Origin: a virus
Virus record (IMG/VR): IMGVR_UViG_3300038426_000075
Span: 1-64,000 of that record
Length of the DNA: 64,000 nt
Strand: one strand, 5' to 3'
A model generated the notes under the pieces. That model was not told the DNA's origin and did not search any database. It saw only the letters and a program-made list of their open reading frames with translations. The first letter of the stretch is position 1. Each line of letters starts with the position of its first letter. This document shows positions 47,584 to 57,167 of the stretch, piece by piece. The position numbers and the translations under genes are program-made.

Positions 47584-48006
47584 CTATATATGTTCATTTC
47601 GATCTTTTTCTCTCCACTCTCTTTGATATTCATTATGGGCCTCATTACACGCTGAACATCTACAGTCTCTATAAGAATATCCAGAATGTGTTCCGTGTGA
47701 AATTGGACCTTTCTGTTCCTTTCTGTTCTGCATTGAATTGCAACTCAAATGAGCGAAAGCAATGTTATCCATATCCCAAAATAGATTGACATCAACACCC
47801 AACCATTTCCGCTTATGCTCAACTGATAAATCTCTGACGGTATCAATGAGTTTGCCACATAAATAACACTTATTAAGATCATATTTTTTTAAAAGATCGA
47901 ATAAAATCATCTTTCTTAGTCGATGGGTTGCCGTTCCAAAGGACATACCCAAAAAATCACTCTTCCTTTTGTTACATTTCCAATGATTTTCCTTTGTATC
48001 CCCCAT
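47584..48006 (-). CDS. HNH-type endonuclease
   Basis: CYLCG...SVEHK...NIAFAHLSCN; C-terminal HGT...CRCSAC. Confidence 0.75.
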   Translation of the reverse strand: MGDTKENHWKCNKRKSDFLGMSFGTATHRLRKMILFDLLKKYDLNKCYLCGKLIDTVRDLSVEHKRKWLGVDVNLFWDMDNIAFAHLSCNSMQNRKEQKGPISHGTHSGYSYRDCRCSACNEAHNEYQREWREKDRNEHI

Positions 48007-48056
48007 GCTTTGACCTCCGTCTTTGATGGGAATTTTTGTTACTTTATCTTTCTATA

Positions 48057-48133
48057 TGGTAGCGGGAGCCAGATTCGCACTGGCGACCTCCGGGGTATGA
48101 GCCCGGCGCGCTTACTGCCTGCGCCATCCCGCA
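48057..48133 (-). tRNA. tRNA-Met(CAU), initiator-like
   Basis: Full cloverleaf, encoded CCA, CAT anticodon, three G:C pairs at end of anticodon stem, U1:U72 mismatch. Confidence 0.88.
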
Positions 48134-48162
48134 ATCTATTCTATATTTGGTATTTCCCTTGC

Positions 48163-48492
48163 TTACCTTCCCAATCTTATCCGCGTCAACCTTTTGGCTG
48201 CCGCTTCTCCAATTTGGATATCTCGTCCAAGTTTATCAAGCATTCCCAAAAGTGTGAGTGCTTTAGGATCAGCATTTAACAACTCCTCTATCCTTTGCTG
48301 CAAGTCCTTTTCGATCATGGCCACAAAAAACTTTCCAGCCCTCGTCTTTAGTTTCTGTTCGGCCTCCATGCCAGCAGAGGCATCCGCTTCAAGCTGGCCC
48401 TCCAATAGTTTTTCTCTCTCGGTAGGACCCTTGTTTCTTGGCCTTCCACTCATGATATCAACTGCCATCCCACCAATGATGCTATCGCTCAT
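48163..48492 (-). CDS. Hypothetical head-region protein
   Basis: Helical ORF. Confidence 0.55.
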   Translation of the reverse strand: MSDSIIGGMAVDIMSGRPRNKGPTEREKLLEGQLEADASAGMEAEQKLKTRAGKFFVAMIEKDLQQRIEELLNADPKALTLLGMLDKLGRDIQIGEAAAKRLTRIRLGR

Positions 48493-48734
48493 GCCTCTCT
48501 CCAAATTCCTTTTTCAAGAAACCCATGCCATTTATGTTCACCCTCATCGAGCAGAATCGAAGGTGAAACTGTTATTGTTCCATCCTCATGCTCGGTAACT
48601 TCATGATTGATTAAACTTCCCATATGGCATCCAGGTGGTCTCATATACCATGTGCCGTACTTATCCTTCCCATACTCACCCTCACACAAAAGAAGGTTTC
48701 CCTTTTCGTCTGGATAAGCCCTTCGCCCAATCAT
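48489..48734 (-). CDS. DUF6527-like small protein
   Basis: DGTITVSPSIL...WHGFLEKGIW. Confidence 0.65.
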   Translation of the reverse strand: MIGRRAYPDEKGNLLLCEGEYGKDKYGTWYMRPPGCHMGSLINHEVTEHEDGTITVSPSILLDEGEHKWHGFLEKGIWREA

Positions 48735-48976
48735 CTCCCCTTCCTCTTCTTTGGGGCATATGAACTCAGGGACGATCCTCGACCGATCGATGGAAACTTA
48801 GCCTTTACCGCAGCCCTAACTCTCGATTCAACCGGCTTACCAGAGGCTCGAGCCAATGCATTCCTAGCATGGCTAATATTTTGAATCGGATATGAGCCTG
48901 ATCCTGGTGCCTTGCTTGGTATCGCAAATTGACTCTTGGAAAGTTTTTTCCTTTCGGAATAGCTTAACTTTGCCAT
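48731..48976 (-). CDS. Small basic protein
   Basis: RKKL..SQFAIP...YPI....HARNALAR. Confidence 0.7.
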   Translation of the reverse strand: MAKLSYSERKKLSKSQFAIPSKAPGSGSYPIQNISHARNALARASGKPVESRVRAAVKAKFPSIGRGSSLSSYAPKKRKGR

Positions 48977-49002
48977 TTCATTCCTCCTGAGGAACATTGA
49001 AA

Positions 49003-49305
49003 TTAAACAGGAATTCTCTTCTTACCCCTCTTTGCCTTCTTGCCAGTCGGCATGAATCCCGCCAAAGGCGTACCTCTCATTTTCATAACCTTCGATCTCC
49101 CGGGAGAAACAGGCCCGCCTTTAGCCCTCGGAATTAACGGCTCTTTTAGCTGACGAACTGCCCACGGTTTTGGACCCGTATAAGGAAGAGCAACTCCTCC
49201 CTGTGCAACACGATCTTTCATGCTCTTTCCGTAAGGTTTGTACTTCGGTACAGGAGTGCTGACTCCAATAGCTTCGTTATACTTTTCAAACGGATCTCTT
49301 GCCAT
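49003..49305 (-). CDS. Small basic protein
   Basis: K/R/P-rich; paralogous C-terminus with next ORF. Confidence 0.6.
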   Translation of the reverse strand: MARDPFEKYNEAIGVSTPVPKYKPYGKSMKDRVAQGGVALPYTGPKPWAVRQLKEPLIPRAKGGPVSPGRSKVMKMRGTPLAGFMPTGKKAKRGKKRIPV

Positions 49306-49327
49306 CGTCTTTCCCCTTCACTTGAAA

Positions 49328-49567
49328 TTAGACTGCAAGCCTCTTCTGGCCTTTCTTTCCCCGCTTCGCCTTTTTGGGTGAAGGCATAAATGCAGAAAGC
49401 GGCCTTCCCCTCGTTTTCATCAGGGACCGTCCGGGGAGTCCAGTCATAGGTGCAGCACCTAGACCGGATGCGGGTGGTGACGCTGGCATAGGCATTCTAC
49501 CAGCCATGGGATTCATTCCCGGGGTACTCGGTCCTCCAAGCGGAATTCGTTGCTTTTTTCTAGCCAT
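49328..49567 (-). CDS. Small basic protein
   Basis: K/R/P/M-rich; paralogous C-terminus. Confidence 0.6.
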   Translation of the reverse strand: MARKKQRIPLGGPSTPGMNPMAGRMPMPASPPASGLGAAPMTGLPGRSLMKTRGRPLSAFMPSPKKAKRGKKGQKRLAV

Positions 49568-49571
49568 TTCA

Positions 49572-49748
49572 TTACCTCCCTTTCTTTTTTTTCTTCTTAT
49601 AGGGCAACCCCTTATCGGGTGTTGCTGCGAAATCGTGTAGGGCTACTCCGGTCATCTTGAGAATCCCCCGATTCTTCTTATAGACCTTCTCGGGATGATG
49701 TTCGGCAAGTCTGGCCAACCTGCCCATTGCTATTGATTCTGCTGGCAT
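49572..49748 (-). CDS. DUF3008-like small basic protein
   Basis: MPAES...LHDFAAT..KGLP. Confidence 0.65.
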   Translation of the reverse strand: MPAESIAMGRLARLAEHHPEKVYKKNRGILKMTGVALHDFAATPDKGLPYKKKKKKGR

Positions 49749-49756
49749 CTTACCCC

Positions 49757-50056
49757 CTATGTGATGTGAACCCCTGCTAATGCAGCGAGAATCAGGACGA
49801 TCCAGATGATGGCGATGATACAGACAATGAATTTGAGTATCTTCGGAAGAAGAGCCCAAATTTTTGCCATCTCTCTTGCCCAATAACCAATCGCCCACAA
49901 AGCAATTCCTGCCAAAATGCAGATCACGATAATCAGAATGAGGGGGCCTAAAAACCTCGATACGTTGATGCTGCCCCCTGCAAAGGCAACGCTCGGTAAG
50001 CTGCATACTGCCATAGCCAATAACCAAAGCCATCCATTCCTGAGAGATTTAAACAT
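49757..50056 (-). CDS. Small membrane protein (signal peptide + 2 TM)
   Basis: SVAFA cleavage site then two hydrophobic helices. Confidence 0.7.
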   Translation of the reverse strand: MFKSLRNGWLWLLAMAVCSLPSVAFAGGSINVSRFLGPLILIIVICILAGIALWAIGYWAREMAKIWALLPKILKFIVCIIAIIWIVLILAALAGVHIT

Positions 50057-50068
50057 GGTTTTCTCCTT

Positions 50069-50433
50069 TCAATTTAGTTTCTTGAAATTTCTCGTCCCGA
50101 TATTGTCCCTGCCGTTATACATCCGAACAGGTTTCCACGTGGAGTATTTAACTGGCCTACCGTCTGTATTTCGCATCTTCATCACCCGGTCAAATTTTGG
50201 TTTCTCTTTGAACAGATTAGATAAATCCTCTTCTTCCTTTTCCCTTTGGAGCTGAGTAAGAGTAAGAAGCAAACGATCAACCTGATTAGTGTCTGGCCCC
50301 GCCGTGCTTGTCGTGGAGCCGGTGCTCGGCAAATAAGTGGCCGTGGTCCTGGGCGTTTCCGACACTGTTACGTATACAGGGACCATGCCTCCTCCTCTCC
50401 CTTGGAGCATATTATTAATATAATCTTTTTCAT
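50069..50433 (-). pseudogene. Possibly degenerate gene
   Basis: SD-linked ATG at 50433 (MKKIILII...) stops after 21 codons; the remainder (50069-50410) is in another frame. Confidence 0.35.
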
Positions 50434-50448
50434 GTTTATCCTCTCCTC

Positions 50449-52008
50449 CTATCTAAAACTAAACCCTTGACCAGTGATTCCTTGTAAAGCTGGAGGTGTC
50501 CACTCGAATGCCCCCATATCCCAGGCTGGGCCTTGGGGACGGGGGATGCCATCTTTATCAGTGGTAAAGGTTGCAGATAAATCCAGTCCCCCATCTCTCA
50601 CATGACCTGTTCCTTGTGGAGAAGAAGAGGTAAGTTTGTAACTTGCATCCCAGGCAGGATTTTCGATAATGTTCCCATCTGCCGTTCCTGTCCATGTATC
50701 ATTGAGATATGCAATTGTTCTCGTTGCTCCATCAAGATAAACAGCTGTATCGGCTGCCTTATAGAAATCATTGTTTTGTACGGTGATGGAATTTGATGCA
50801 AGCAATTCACTAAACGCATATCCTGTACCACCTATATAGACAATGTTATTTTTTATAAGATTTCCATCTCCAGCATCTGACTCTATTTTAATTCCAGAAT
50901 TGGCCGTAGCACTATTTGGTATGATGGCATTGTTATAAATCAGATTACTTGCCGATGAACTCTGAATCATTATTTCAGAGTAAGTAGAAGAATTATAATC
51001 TGTCAGATTATTATATACAACATTGTTATAAATGACATTTGAATTTGAAGTCTGAGCAATTTCAATTCCGTAATATTTATTTCCATAGACTGTATTTCCA
51101 TAAACTGAGTTTGAATTGCATGAAGTGACTAACTGGATACCTCTATTTCCCGATTCCCATCCTGTATTATTATAGATGGTATTATTATAAACCAAATTGC
51201 CGACCATAGAATTCAGGGCTATCCCATTGCCAGCACAGTTATAGATTGTGTTATTGTAGAAAGAGTTTCCGTTCGGAGGATTAGCTTCAAACCCTTGTCC
51301 TGACGCACTTATTCCATTTGCCCCTGCAGTGATGGTATTATAAATGATGTTGTACCTAATAATATTATTATCCGCACCATAACCACTAAGTTTAACTCCG
51401 TAGTAATTTATACCGTGAATAAGGCAATACTCAACAATACAGGCTTTTGGCCCATCTTCGGTAGAAGCATTTCCAAGATTCTCAGCCGTGATTCCTTCAA
51501 GTTTGATTCCCTGATAGACCTGGTAATTGTTATTCCGAATCTCTAAATTCTTCAACCAGATATGATCCCCACCTATTACCTTAATAATATTATAAGCAGC
51601 ATCTCCTCCGTCAAAGACAATGTGATGACCTACATCACTACCAGAACCATCCCATTTCACATACTGAACAATATTAAGAGTATCCCCAATTTCTATCATA
51701 TTGATATGGCTTGCCGTGGAGATAGTAACATCCTCATTCTGATAATTAGAGAAGGTAACATAGTTTCCAGCACTTCCATCATCGGCAGAAGTGATAACAA
51801 TGGCAGAGGTTATTACATAGGTTCCAGACCTAATATAAATATTGTCTCCTCCAGCCAAAGTTTTATTATCAATGACAGTTTGAACCGTTAGGCAGGGAGA
51901 AGCAAAACTGCAAGTCGTTCCACTTCCTGTCGTGGCAACATAGTAATCCGTTGCGAAAACTGGAGAGGCTCCGATTAGAAATAAAACCAAAATGATTAAC
52001 TTTCTCAT
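50449..52008 (-). CDS. Exported right-handed beta-helix protein
   Basis: Signal peptide; YYVAT.G, GGD.IYIRSGTY, many N..YNN rungs, DKDG.PRPQG.AWDMGAFE tail. Confidence 0.85.
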   Translation of the reverse strand: MRKLIILVLFLIGASPVFATDYYVATTGSGTTCSFASPCLTVQTVIDNKTLAGGDNIYIRSGTYVITSAIVITSADDGSAGNYVTFSNYQNEDVTISTASHINMIEIGDTLNIVQYVKWDGSGSDVGHHIVFDGGDAAYNIIKVIGGDHIWLKNLEIRNNNYQVYQGIKLEGITAENLGNASTEDGPKACIVEYCLIHGINYYGVKLSGYGADNNIIRYNIIYNTITAGANGISASGQGFEANPPNGNSFYNNTIYNCAGNGIALNSMVGNLVYNNTIYNNTGWESGNRGIQLVTSCNSNSVYGNTVYGNKYYGIEIAQTSNSNVIYNNVVYNNLTDYNSSTYSEIMIQSSSASNLIYNNAIIPNSATANSGIKIESDAGDGNLIKNNIVYIGGTGYAFSELLASNSITVQNNDFYKAADTAVYLDGATRTIAYLNDTWTGTADGNIIENPAWDASYKLTSSSPQGTGHVRDGGLDLSATFTTDKDGIPRPQGPAWDMGAFEWTPPALQGITGQGFSFR

Positions 52009-52580
52009 GACGGATTACCTGCTTGATTATTAAAAATAATGGCAAGTGGTCTACTACTTACCAAAGTTGCTCCCGAAACATTGTCTCCACAATTATATAC
52101 ATGAGTGACACCATAAGTATCTGGAATACCTGTCGCAAATGCCCCCGCAACCATAGTTATTGATGATCCAGTAACTTGTAATCCTAACCAATATGTTGTC
52201 GCTGCTAAAATTGTAGTGGATGATGATAGGGCCACGTTAATCCATGTTGCTGAGGATATCGCACCGAGACCTGTGGGTGCCGTTAATTTGATAGCGGTTC
52301 CAGAAGAATCCCAGATTGTGATACAAACCGTTTCATCTCCCGAAGCGGTTAGAACTAATATATGGGCATAACTTATCGTTCCGGCAGTTGTCGTAACGTA
52401 ATCCGAATACACAATTTTAGTAGTAAGACATTCTAGCGAGTCTGCATTCGTAGTGCCGCCAATCAGACCATTTGCACCACCCGCAGCCACTCCTCCCCCA
52501 ACCACTCCTTGCATCATTACCTGACCAAAACAAGGAGTTGCGATTAATAATAAAAGTAAGAGAAAAATTAACTTTTTCAT
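52005..52580 (-). CDS. Exported beta-sandwich protein
   Basis: Signal peptide MKKLIFLLLLLLIATPCFG; TTYWLGL. Confidence 0.7.
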   Translation of the reverse strand: MKKLIFLLLLLLIATPCFGQVMMQGVVGGGVAAGGANGLIGGTTNADSLECLTTKIVYSDYVTTTAGTISYAHILVLTASGDETVCITIWDSSGTAIKLTAPTGLGAISSATWINVALSSSTTILAATTYWLGLQVTGSSITMVAGAFATGIPDTYGVTHVYNCGDNVSGATLVSSRPLAIIFNNQAGNPS

Positions 52581-52589
52581 GTTGACTCC

Positions 52590-54569
52590 TTAATCTTTCG
52601 TCCACGTTCCCATCTGATGATATGCTGCCCAGTGAGTATCATCCACTCCAATTACACAGGCTGAGTCACCTGCTGCACCATTGGATTTGATCTTTCCACC
52701 AGTATTAGTAAGCACTCCATCTAAATCTATGAACTGTCCAGAAGTGGAAGTTTGGAAGGTAAGAACTTGACTAATTCCAGTATAGTTCCTAATGCAATAC
52801 TGTAAACCCGCTGCTGCTGTTGGTAAGGTAAAAATTGAATGAGCAGCACTATCTCCAATGTTCCAAAAGTAGGAGGCGTTCCCGTGAGTGGCGACCACAA
52901 TCGCTGTAGCCGAATTTGCCGTGGAGGTTAGCGTACCTACTGTCCCGTCCACCCTTCCCGTTGCCATGAGTGAGGTTCCCGTAGCGGCTCCAAGAGCAGG
53001 AGTCGTAAAGGATGGACTCACAAGAGGAGCATAGGCCCCAAGTTTCGTGCTAACCACACCTTCAGAAGGAATGACCGTAGTACTAGAGCCTAATGCCGTT
53101 GAAGGATTGAAGGTAAGACTACTAAGTGGAGAAATAAGGTTCCCATCTCCATCTGCCGCAGGAATCCCCCACATAAACATTGAATAATTTGTACTAATTG
53201 TTAAGGGCATTTGGAGCCAAAAATTAGTAGCAACAGTTCCAGAGGGGCCTGCAAATCCTGGGCCAGTGATATCCGTACTATTTGAGGCATAAAGTGTTAT
53301 GAAACCATATTTTCCTGATACTTTCTTGGTGACAAAACTCTTTCCTGTGAAGGTATAATTCCCGGCATCCCAATCGGCAGTCAAAGCTTGTGTGCCCGCC
53401 GCAACCAAAGGGTTAGTCAAAACTGGTTGCCAGACGCCTTCCGTACCAGCACAGACCACTGGCAAACCACTTGCATCTGAACAAATCGGTTTACTGGCTG
53501 TCACCCATTTCCAAGCTGGAATTGTACCCGACATGTAAAGACCAAAGGCGTTTGTACCTAAAGGAACAAGACCTACGAGATTGGTTCCGTTATAATAAAG
53601 AGTGTACCCCTTTGCAAAAGTTACTCCTGCAATGTCCGTGAGGAGAGCGTTGGATGCCTGTTTTCCCCCCAATCCAGTATCCACATAGGCCGTGGTCGCC
53701 AACGCTGTAGAACTGTTCCCTTGAGATTTGGTAGTGGCTGTGGTTCCATCTGGCAAGGCTGGTGTTCCAGAGAGATTGCCTGCTGTGCCTGAAATATTAG
53801 AATCCAGAAAGGCAATCGTTTTTCTTGCCGTGGCACTTGTGATCGTAAAATAGAGGGCGTCGGTCGTGAACTCAAAAGCCCCAGCCACAGGAGTATTAGC
53901 TACGGTCCCCGAAACCATCTTCCAAGGTATTGCTCCTGTCCCGCCAGTTGGCATGGTAAGGATGCCCGTAAAGGTAGGTGAGGCAAGTGGAGCATAACCA
54001 CTAAGAGAGGGAATATCCGCAAACTTAGCAAGTTTTGTCTCGGCAGCATTTGAATCTTCAAAATATGGATAAGTGTCTGATTTGAAGTAAAGCCTGTATT
54101 TTGCACCCGTAGGAGCGGCAGGTTTAGAAATAATCCCAAAATCAAGGTAACCTGTAAGGGGAACAGAACCGTCTGCCTTAAAGTCACCGTATGATCCTGC
54201 TATCTGCCAAACCCCCTCTGTCCCTGCACACACTGCTGGCTCTCCGCTGGAGTCCGTACAGGCTGGTTTGGAAGCTGTAACTCCAACACCTTTTATATGA
54301 GTGCTATCAGTAAACACTCCCCATTGATGAATAGCTGGAGTACCAGAATGGATAAGATCACCAGTACCAGCTCCTCCTACTGCTACAGATACTGACCCAT
54401 CGGTGTTATTGTTCAGCGTGCCATTGCTAAATTTTAGCTTCCACGGTACTGCCGAATGAGATCCGTCCTCTTCCTCAATGATCGGCCGCCCAGGAGCTGG
54501 AAGTGCCTGACCATGAACCTGTAAAGGCAAGAAAAGTATAACCAAGAACAGTAGGATTAGTCTTTTCAT
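52590..54569 (-). CDS. Exported tail-fibre-like protein
   Basis: Signal peptide; fibre motifs YAPLASPTFTG and NSSTALATTAYV; TLPTAAAGLQY C-terminal domain. Confidence 0.7.
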   Translation of the reverse strand: MKRLILLFLVILFLPLQVHGQALPAPGRPIIEEEDGSHSAVPWKLKFSNGTLNNNTDGSVSVAVGGAGTGDLIHSGTPAIHQWGVFTDSTHIKGVGVTASKPACTDSSGEPAVCAGTEGVWQIAGSYGDFKADGSVPLTGYLDFGIISKPAAPTGAKYRLYFKSDTYPYFEDSNAAETKLAKFADIPSLSGYAPLASPTFTGILTMPTGGTGAIPWKMVSGTVANTPVAGAFEFTTDALYFTITSATARKTIAFLDSNISGTAGNLSGTPALPDGTTATTKSQGNSSTALATTAYVDTGLGGKQASNALLTDIAGVTFAKGYTLYYNGTNLVGLVPLGTNAFGLYMSGTIPAWKWVTASKPICSDASGLPVVCAGTEGVWQPVLTNPLVAAGTQALTADWDAGNYTFTGKSFVTKKVSGKYGFITLYASNSTDITGPGFAGPSGTVATNFWLQMPLTISTNYSMFMWGIPAADGDGNLISPLSSLTFNPSTALGSSTTVIPSEGVVSTKLGAYAPLVSPSFTTPALGAATGTSLMATGRVDGTVGTLTSTANSATAIVVATHGNASYFWNIGDSAAHSIFTLPTAAAGLQYCIRNYTGISQVLTFQTSTSGQFIDLDGVLTNTGGKIKSNGAAGDSACVIGVDDTHWAAYHQMGTWTKD

Positions 54570-54579
54570 ATTCTCCTCC

Positions 54580-54939
54580 CTACTCGTAATAATTCGCCTT
54601 GATCGTGGCGTCTACACTCCCAGACCTAATGGCTCTGAAGTTCCTGATCTTATCCGAACTGTCCAACCAGATCGGAGTCATTGCCGTGGCCGTAAACCCC
54701 GTAGTCGTATTGGCCACGAAGGTTATTGGATCGCAGCTCCAGAGGATTGAAGCGGTCTCAACCTGTAACTGAGCCGTTCGTGCCCTTCCATAAGTGGTTG
54801 AGATCAGGCTTACCACCGAGGTGCTGACCGTCACCTTTTCAGAGGCCACAAACCATGCGGCCATGGCGGAAGAGGCCAGAAGCACTACCAAAATCAGTAT
54901 CAGCATTTCCCATTTTTTAAGTAATCTAAAGGTCTTCAT
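54580..54939 (-). CDS. Exported small beta protein
   Basis: Signal peptide ending SSAMA. Confidence 0.65.
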   Translation of the reverse strand: MKTFRLLKKWEMLILILVVLLASSAMAAWFVASEKVTVSTSVVSLISTTYGRARTAQLQVETASILWSCDPITFVANTTTGFTATAMTPIWLDSSDKIRNFRAIRSGSVDATIKANYYE

Positions 54940-54975
54940 TTTTCCCCTCCCTTGGAGTATATGATTTGTGGTATA

Positions 54976-55737
54976 TCACTTATAGTAAATTGTGACGTAA
55001 ACCGTTCCCCCACCAACTGGGTAATAATTTGCAGTCACACCCGTGTCGTTCAAATTGGACGTGCCTTCTTGAAACCCTCCGGATACCGTTGACATTACGG
55101 TAACGTATCCCATATCTGCCGATGATGCCGGAAGAGCTGGGAGAGCTAAAATAGCAAGAGCTTCGGAGCCATAACCGGTCCCGTTGGCCGATCCTGGGGT
55201 TACCGTTATTGTTCCGCCAGCAACGATTGAAAATCTGTAAATGCCCCATTTGTTTTGAGGGATAGTACCCGCTGCCAGAGCTGTTCCGATCGGAACAGCG
55301 ATTTTTGAATATCCCGTTCCTGCGATAGCGAAGGTAAAGGCACCGTTGGCTACATTCGTATGGGTTGATCCAAGGGCAAGGGCGGTGCCTGGTGCCGCAG
55401 AGAGGTTTACGGTGATAACGCACCCTTCAAAAATCGGATATTCGGCCTCCGGATCATCGTGTTTTGAAATCCTCACCGGCGTTGGACTTACCTGGTTCGC
55501 TGCTAGGTTCGCCTTGTGAAAAGTCATATTGCCATTTTGATCAAAGGCTTGAAACTCGGCTGTAATTGGACTAATCCAGTTTGGAATCTCAATCAAGGTG
55601 GTCTCCGCATCCCCGGAAGATACAGAATAGTTTGGAGGCCCGACTCCTCCTTTAATAACAAAGCTCTTGGTTATATCGTTTGCCCCAAACACTAACGCCT
55701 GCCTTGGAATATCCCTAAATCTTTTATTGGCACCCAT
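54976..55737 (-). CDS. Beta-rich structural-like protein
   Basis: Gly/Ala/Thr-rich, no signal peptide. Confidence 0.55.
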   Translation of the reverse strand: MGANKRFRDIPRQALVFGANDITKSFVIKGGVGPPNYSVSSGDAETTLIEIPNWISPITAEFQAFDQNGNMTFHKANLAANQVSPTPVRISKHDDPEAEYPIFEGCVITVNLSAAPGTALALGSTHTNVANGAFTFAIAGTGYSKIAVPIGTALAAGTIPQNKWGIYRFSIVAGGTITVTPGSANGTGYGSEALAILALPALPASSADMGYVTVMSTVSGGFQEGTSNLNDTGVTANYYPVGGGTVYVTIYYK

Positions 55738-55748
55738 TTTTACCTCCT

Positions 55749-57167
55749 CTAAAAGTGAAAGTCGTCTCCCTTCATGGCGTTCACTTCTTTGATAATTTGA
55801 AGCACATCCGTCTCGAACTTTGCAGGAAACGAGCTATTGGACATCTCGATCTGGGAAGCGATCTTACCGGCCGCATCCACTGCGGCTTTCGGAGTCTTCC
55901 CGTGGCCCATGGCGGTCGCAACTACCTGATCGCCGGGAACAAACCAATAGTCTCCCGCCTTCCTTACGATGCGCCTAAAGCCCATGTCTTTTCTTATTTC
56001 TTGAGGAAAGTGGATCACCTCCCATGATTTGATATCGTCGGTGTAAACGCCGACCTGTGTGACGTATCCAGGATCCACTTCGGCCCGAACGTCCTGACCG
56101 GCCGCAATCTTGTAGGTATATTCGGGATAATTCTTTATGAATCTGGATTGGATCGCACCGCAGGGCCACGCATCACGAGAGGTTGGATCGTGGACTCTAA
56201 CTTTCCTTCCGTCCCAAAAGAATTCGAAGCTGATATTCCCATGGTAACCAGACTTGATCAGGGAAGGCTTTACTTTGTTGAGAATATGCTCATCGATCCC
56301 ATTTTCTTCCACCCAAACTCCGATGGTTCCCTCTCCTTTGACTTCTATCGTGTAGAGGAAGGGCCGGATATAATCCCTTCCATTGAAACCTACGTCAACA
56401 CCCAATTCGAGGCCTGGACACGCACGCTGGATCAGGATCTCCATGGTGGTAAGATATGGCCCAAAACCGGCCTGTGTAAGAGCCACGAGGGCCTGTGTTC
56501 GGGTCTTTACCCCCTTCCCCGTCTCTTTATTGCCTCGATATTCGCCAACCTTCGGGAAGAAGAGCGTCTTTCCATCCTCGTTCTTTTCGATGTAATCAAG
56601 GCACTCATCCAAACCATGAACCACGACACCATCAGGGACCCCCACACCCATCTCTTGGAGCCTCTGCCATCCCTTCACACGATTGTTTTCATTCTCTGCC
56701 CACCACGCAGAAGGTCCATAAACGTCTTTGCCTTCTCCACGCCAGATATCGGCATCCTTGCCAAAGCAACAGTCGGTAATGACAACAAAATCCTTGGAGG
56801 CAGCCTCCATCATGCTATCCACCTTATGGAGTCCCTTAAACCCATCTCCTGAAATTTTGTTCTCAATGGACGGGTAGGCCGCCGCGCCGGCAATAAAATA
56901 ATAGACTTCGAACTCCTTCATCAGTGCAAGGGCATGATCAATACCCAGGTTCGTATCGATGAAGCCAACGGTCCGCGGCATCCCATGTTCTCGCTTAAGC
57001 ATAGGAAGAGCTTTGGTCGCTTTTGCTGTCTGATAATTGGCGATTTCTGCATAGGAATATCCTTCTTTGTGCGCCTCTTCGACCTTAAAACCCGTAAATC
57101 CAGCGAGATAAAAAGCTATCTCCCGGTATGAATGACCCTCTTTTCTTTGGCCTTCAACATCGTACAT
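55749..57167 (-). CDS. PurD-like ATP-grasp enzyme with N-terminal ejection-protein-type module
   Basis: VYGPS....ENNR..G...QEMGV.VP, TGKGV, GLELGVD; aa 2-47 match the shared YDVE..G..EIA.YLA module. Confidence 0.7.
   Translation of the reverse strand: MYDVEGQRKEGHSYREIAFYLAGFTGFKVEEAHKEGYSYAEIANYQTAKATKALPMLKREHGMPRTVGFIDTNLGIDHALALMKEFEVYYFIAGAAAYPSIENKISGDGFKGLHKVDSMMEAASKDFVVITDCCFGKDADIWRGEGKDVYGPSAWWAENENNRVKGWQRLQEMGVGVPDGVVVHGLDECLDYIEKNEDGKTLFFPKVGEYRGNKETGKGVKTRTQALVALTQAGFGPYLTTMEILIQRACPGLELGVDVGFNGRDYIRPFLYTIEVKGEGTIGVWVEENGIDEHILNKVKPSLIKSGYHGNISFEFFWDGRKVRVHDPTSRDAWPCGAIQSRFIKNYPEYTYKIAAGQDVRAEVDPGYVTQVGVYTDDIKSWEVIHFPQEIRKDMGFRRIVRKAGDYWFVPGDQVVATAMGHGKTPKAAVDAAGKIASQIEMSNSSFPAKFETDVLQIIKEVNAMKGDDFHF

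Noticed and set aside
55749-57167. purD auxiliary metabolic gene
   Set aside because: Divergent from PurD, no other purine genes, structural context and N-terminal tag; symbol withheld
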